Shown: one piece after another, positions 25,057 to 27,350 of the stretch
How positions within the stretch are numbered: the stretch's first letter is position 1
Layout of the letters: each line of letters begins with the position of its first letter
Source of the DNA: a virus
Lineage: Duplodnaviria; Caudoviricetes
Virus record (IMG/VR): IMGVR_UViG_3300042924_006280
Span: 1-27,350 of that record
DNA: 27,350 nucleotides
Direction: 5' to 3' (one strand)
Position numbers and translations under genes: made by a program
Notes under the pieces: model-generated
What the model was told of the DNA's origin: nothing
Database searches by the model: none
Seen by the model: only the letters and a program-made list of their open reading frames with translations

Positions 25057-27345
25057 TCACATCCTTCGCGCTCGCGCCAGGGCCTGCTCAGCCAGCAGCT
25101 TCGCCGCCACTCGCGCCTCGTAGTCCACCACCGGTAGCCCGTCGGGCTCCGTCTGCCGGCGCGCCCCCTGGGCCTGCGCCTGCTGCACCAGCGCCCCGTA
25201 GTTGGGCACAATCGCAGGCCGCGCCTCGTCCCCGTACCGCCCGGGGCCCGTCACCGCGTTCAGCCCTAGTTCTGCGCCCACGTCGATCGGCCGCGCCGCG
25301 GGCGCCGAGTAGTCCGGCCCAGGGGCCAGAAGCGCCAACTCCTCCTGCGTCAGCCGCGTCGGCGACATGACGTTCTCCCCCAGCCAGCCCTCTATCGCTG
25401 CCACCGTCTGCCGATCGAACCGGCTTGGGGTCCGCATCACTTCCGCCGCCTGCCGTGGCGCCAGCCCGCCAGGCGGCGCCGCGCCCTGGTTCAGTGCATA
25501 TCCGCCCATCACGCTTTCAGCCGTTGGCACTGGCACTGGCGGCGGCACTGGCACCCCCGGATAGACCTCGCCACCCTTGAAGCCGTCGAACTGCCACGTC
25601 CCCGGCGCTGCGTCCAGCCGCCTGCCCTGCACGTCTCGCGCATGTTCCAGCAGCGGTTTCACCACTCCGTGCCACGTCTCGCCATACGCCTGGCTCGCAG
25701 GTGTCGGCCCAATCGCCGGCGCGCGCACCGGGGCGTCCTCCGCTGGGCGGCCGCCCAGTCTCGAGAGCGTATCCAGCACCGTGAATAGTGGGTTGTCGTA
25801 CACCGTCCCCCTCTCCGCTCGTCCCACCCGCTCCACCCGGTCAGGGAACTCCCCGCGCACCGCCGCACTCCGGCTCGACACCGCGTCAGCCCCCAGCGTC
25901 CGCTGCAACGCCGTGTTCTGCACCGCGTTGATCATCGGATCCGTCAGCCCGGTGTCCCCCACCAGTCGCCAATCCCCCGGGACCCCCGCATACTCCGCCA
26001 GCGCCTGCACCAGTGACCGCGCTCCCTCCAGCTTCTCCTGCCGCCACTTCGCGTTCTCCCCCACCCGATACCGCCTGGTGAACACCTCATCGCCCTCGCC
26101 CTGCTCCGGCACCCACTGATCCACGGCAAACACCTCCGGGCCCGGCACCGGCCGTCCGTCCTGCTCTTGCACAATCGCCAGCCGCCCGTCGCCCAGGTCA
26201 GCCACCATCGGCTTCACGTCGGCCTCGTTCCAATATCGCTGCACTGCCCCGAAGTCCGGCTCCACCGGCCGCCGCCCCATCACCAGCGTCCGCACTGGTG
26301 TTTCGGCCTCCTCCAGCGCTCGCTGGAAGGCCTGTCCCACCGTTGGCCATGTCGCCACCCTCGGCACCCCAGGGTCGTTCGGTCGGCTGAATCCGTGCGT
26401 CCGACCAAGTTCGTCGACGTTCCACTCTTCCGGATTCGGCGCTCCTACCGCCTCGTAGGACCCCATCTCGAATTTCCCCGTCGCAGGCTCGGACCGCGAA
26501 TACCGCTTAGCCAGCTCAACCAGCGGGTGGTCGTCCGTCAGCCCCAGATCCATCGGATCCAGCACCACACTCGGATCCACCAGCAGCTGCCGCACGCCCC
26601 GCGGGTCCACCGCCAGCACCCGCCGCGCTTTCCCTTTCTCGTTCAGCTCGTAGGCGCTCTGGTCAGCAATCGCTTCCAGCTGCTTCAGCATTTGCCCCGC
26701 ACGCGCCCGCTCCGCCGGGCTGGCGCCGTAGGCCGCGGTCCGCTGCGCCTGCTCTCGCGCCTGCTGCACCCACTTCTGCTCCCGTGGCTGCTGCACCGTC
26801 GGCACCTCTGTCACCGTGCTCCCGTCCCACCGCTTCTGCTCCGATCGGCGCGCCATCAGCAACGGCACATCGCCGCCAACCGCCCGCTCACCGAACGACT
26901 CCTTGGCCAGCGCATTCCGGCGTCCGCTCGTCCCCACCTTCTTCCCGTGCCCAAACGTCTGCCGTAGCAGCCGCTGCTCGTCCTGGTCCAGCTGCCGCAC
27001 CTTGCTCCGCAGCGCCTGGACCGCCGGCTCGTCGGGCCCGTACTCCACCCCCTCGACCCGCAGTCCCTCTCCTACCGCCGTCCCCGCCGGCACCAGATCC
27101 CCCGCACGCTCCAGGGCCCTCCCCAGCCCCAGCTCATAAAACGCCCGGCGCACTTCCCCCTGGTCATCACGCCCCCGCCGCCGGAACTCGCTCCTGTTCT
27201 CCCTCGGCATTGACAACTGCTCACCAACAGCGATCGCTACGGCCTCCCGCGCCCCCAAATTCGGACCCCCAGGCCCCGAATCCATGAATTGCGCTGCCCG
27301 CAGCGCTATATCCGCGTCCAAGCTCCCCGCCGGCACCCCCGCCAT
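25057..27345 (-). CDS. Large hypothetical protein, probably internal virion (>=762 aa; may be 5'-truncated by the window edge)
   Basis: Long ORF co-oriented with the head operon; R/E/A/G/P-rich; no recognisable catalytic motif. Confidence 0.7.
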   Translation of the reverse strand: MAGVPAGSLDADIALRAAQFMDSGPGGPNLGAREAVAIAVGEQLSMPRENRSEFRRRGRDDQGEVRRAFYELGLGRALERAGDLVPAGTAVGEGLRVEGVEYGPDEPAVQALRSKVRQLDQDEQRLLRQTFGHGKKVGTSGRRNALAKESFGERAVGGDVPLLMARRSEQKRWDGSTVTEVPTVQQPREQKWVQQAREQAQRTAAYGASPAERARAGQMLKQLEAIADQSAYELNEKGKARRVLAVDPRGVRQLLVDPSVVLDPMDLGLTDDHPLVELAKRYSRSEPATGKFEMGSYEAVGAPNPEEWNVDELGRTHGFSRPNDPGVPRVATWPTVGQAFQRALEEAETPVRTLVMGRRPVEPDFGAVQRYWNEADVKPMVADLGDGRLAIVQEQDGRPVPGPEVFAVDQWVPEQGEGDEVFTRRYRVGENAKWRQEKLEGARSLVQALAEYAGVPGDWRLVGDTGLTDPMINAVQNTALQRTLGADAVSSRSAAVRGEFPDRVERVGRAERGTVYDNPLFTVLDTLSRLGGRPAEDAPVRAPAIGPTPASQAYGETWHGVVKPLLEHARDVQGRRLDAAPGTWQFDGFKGGEVYPGVPVPPPVPVPTAESVMGGYALNQGAAPPGGLAPRQAAEVMRTPSRFDRQTVAAIEGWLGENVMSPTRLTQEELALLAPGPDYSAPAARPIDVGAELGLNAVTGPGRYGDEARPAIVPNYGALVQQAQAQGARRQTEPDGLPVVDYEARVAAKLLAEQALARARRM

Positions 27346-27350
27346 CCCCT

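Larger units (their letters stand above)
1..27350. mobile_element. Tailed dsDNA phage/prophage structural and packaging region (partial genome)
   Basis: Terminase, portal-like, endolysin and tail-fibre-like genes; near-continuous coding with ATGA/TGATG coupling; no host housekeeping genes; no att site or integrase visible. Confidence 0.95.

Noticed and set aside
25526-25556. (GGCACT)n microrepeat
   Set aside because: It simply encodes a PVPPPVPVP linker
14062-27237. HIP1 octamer GCGATCGC at 14062, 22472 and 27230 as a host marker
   Set aside because: Only three copies were noticed in 27 kb of GC-rich DNA, too few to claim enrichment

Overview
The window is a densely coded fragment of a tailed dsDNA phage or prophage. 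It is GC-rich, and the host is probably a picocyanobacterium (inferred from protein motifs, not shown directly). Two gene blocks converge. The + strand block (1-11453) is a tail/adhesin module: a 1743-aa mosaic fibre protein with three LamG/ConA-like domains, a lower-GC three-gene cassette (1102, 480 and 145 aa), a small tail-fibre-associated protein, a 49-aa basic ORF missing from the ORF track, and one hypothetical gene. The - strand block (27345-11416) carries ten Gly/Ala/Gln-rich putative internal-virion/ejection proteins, a probable small terminase, a large terminase and a portal. The last 485 nt of the portal gene overlap a Pro/Gln-rich scaffold-like gene in another frame. Downstream are a two-domain endolysin and four small hypothetical genes. 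I found no major capsid, integrase, tRNA, CRISPR or reverse transcriptase gene. The most striking observations are: a GH24 lysozyme-like domain whose catalytic Glu and Thr positions appear swapped (E>T, D>N, T>E), fused to an intact M15 peptidase; the long portal/scaffold overlap; the ten-gene ejection-like array, in which four consecutive genes share one frame separated only by TGA plus 1-2 codons; and a GTCTCA motif with a TAGNNT box in each large intergenic gap of the - operon. All family assignments come from motif recognition by eye; no searches were run.
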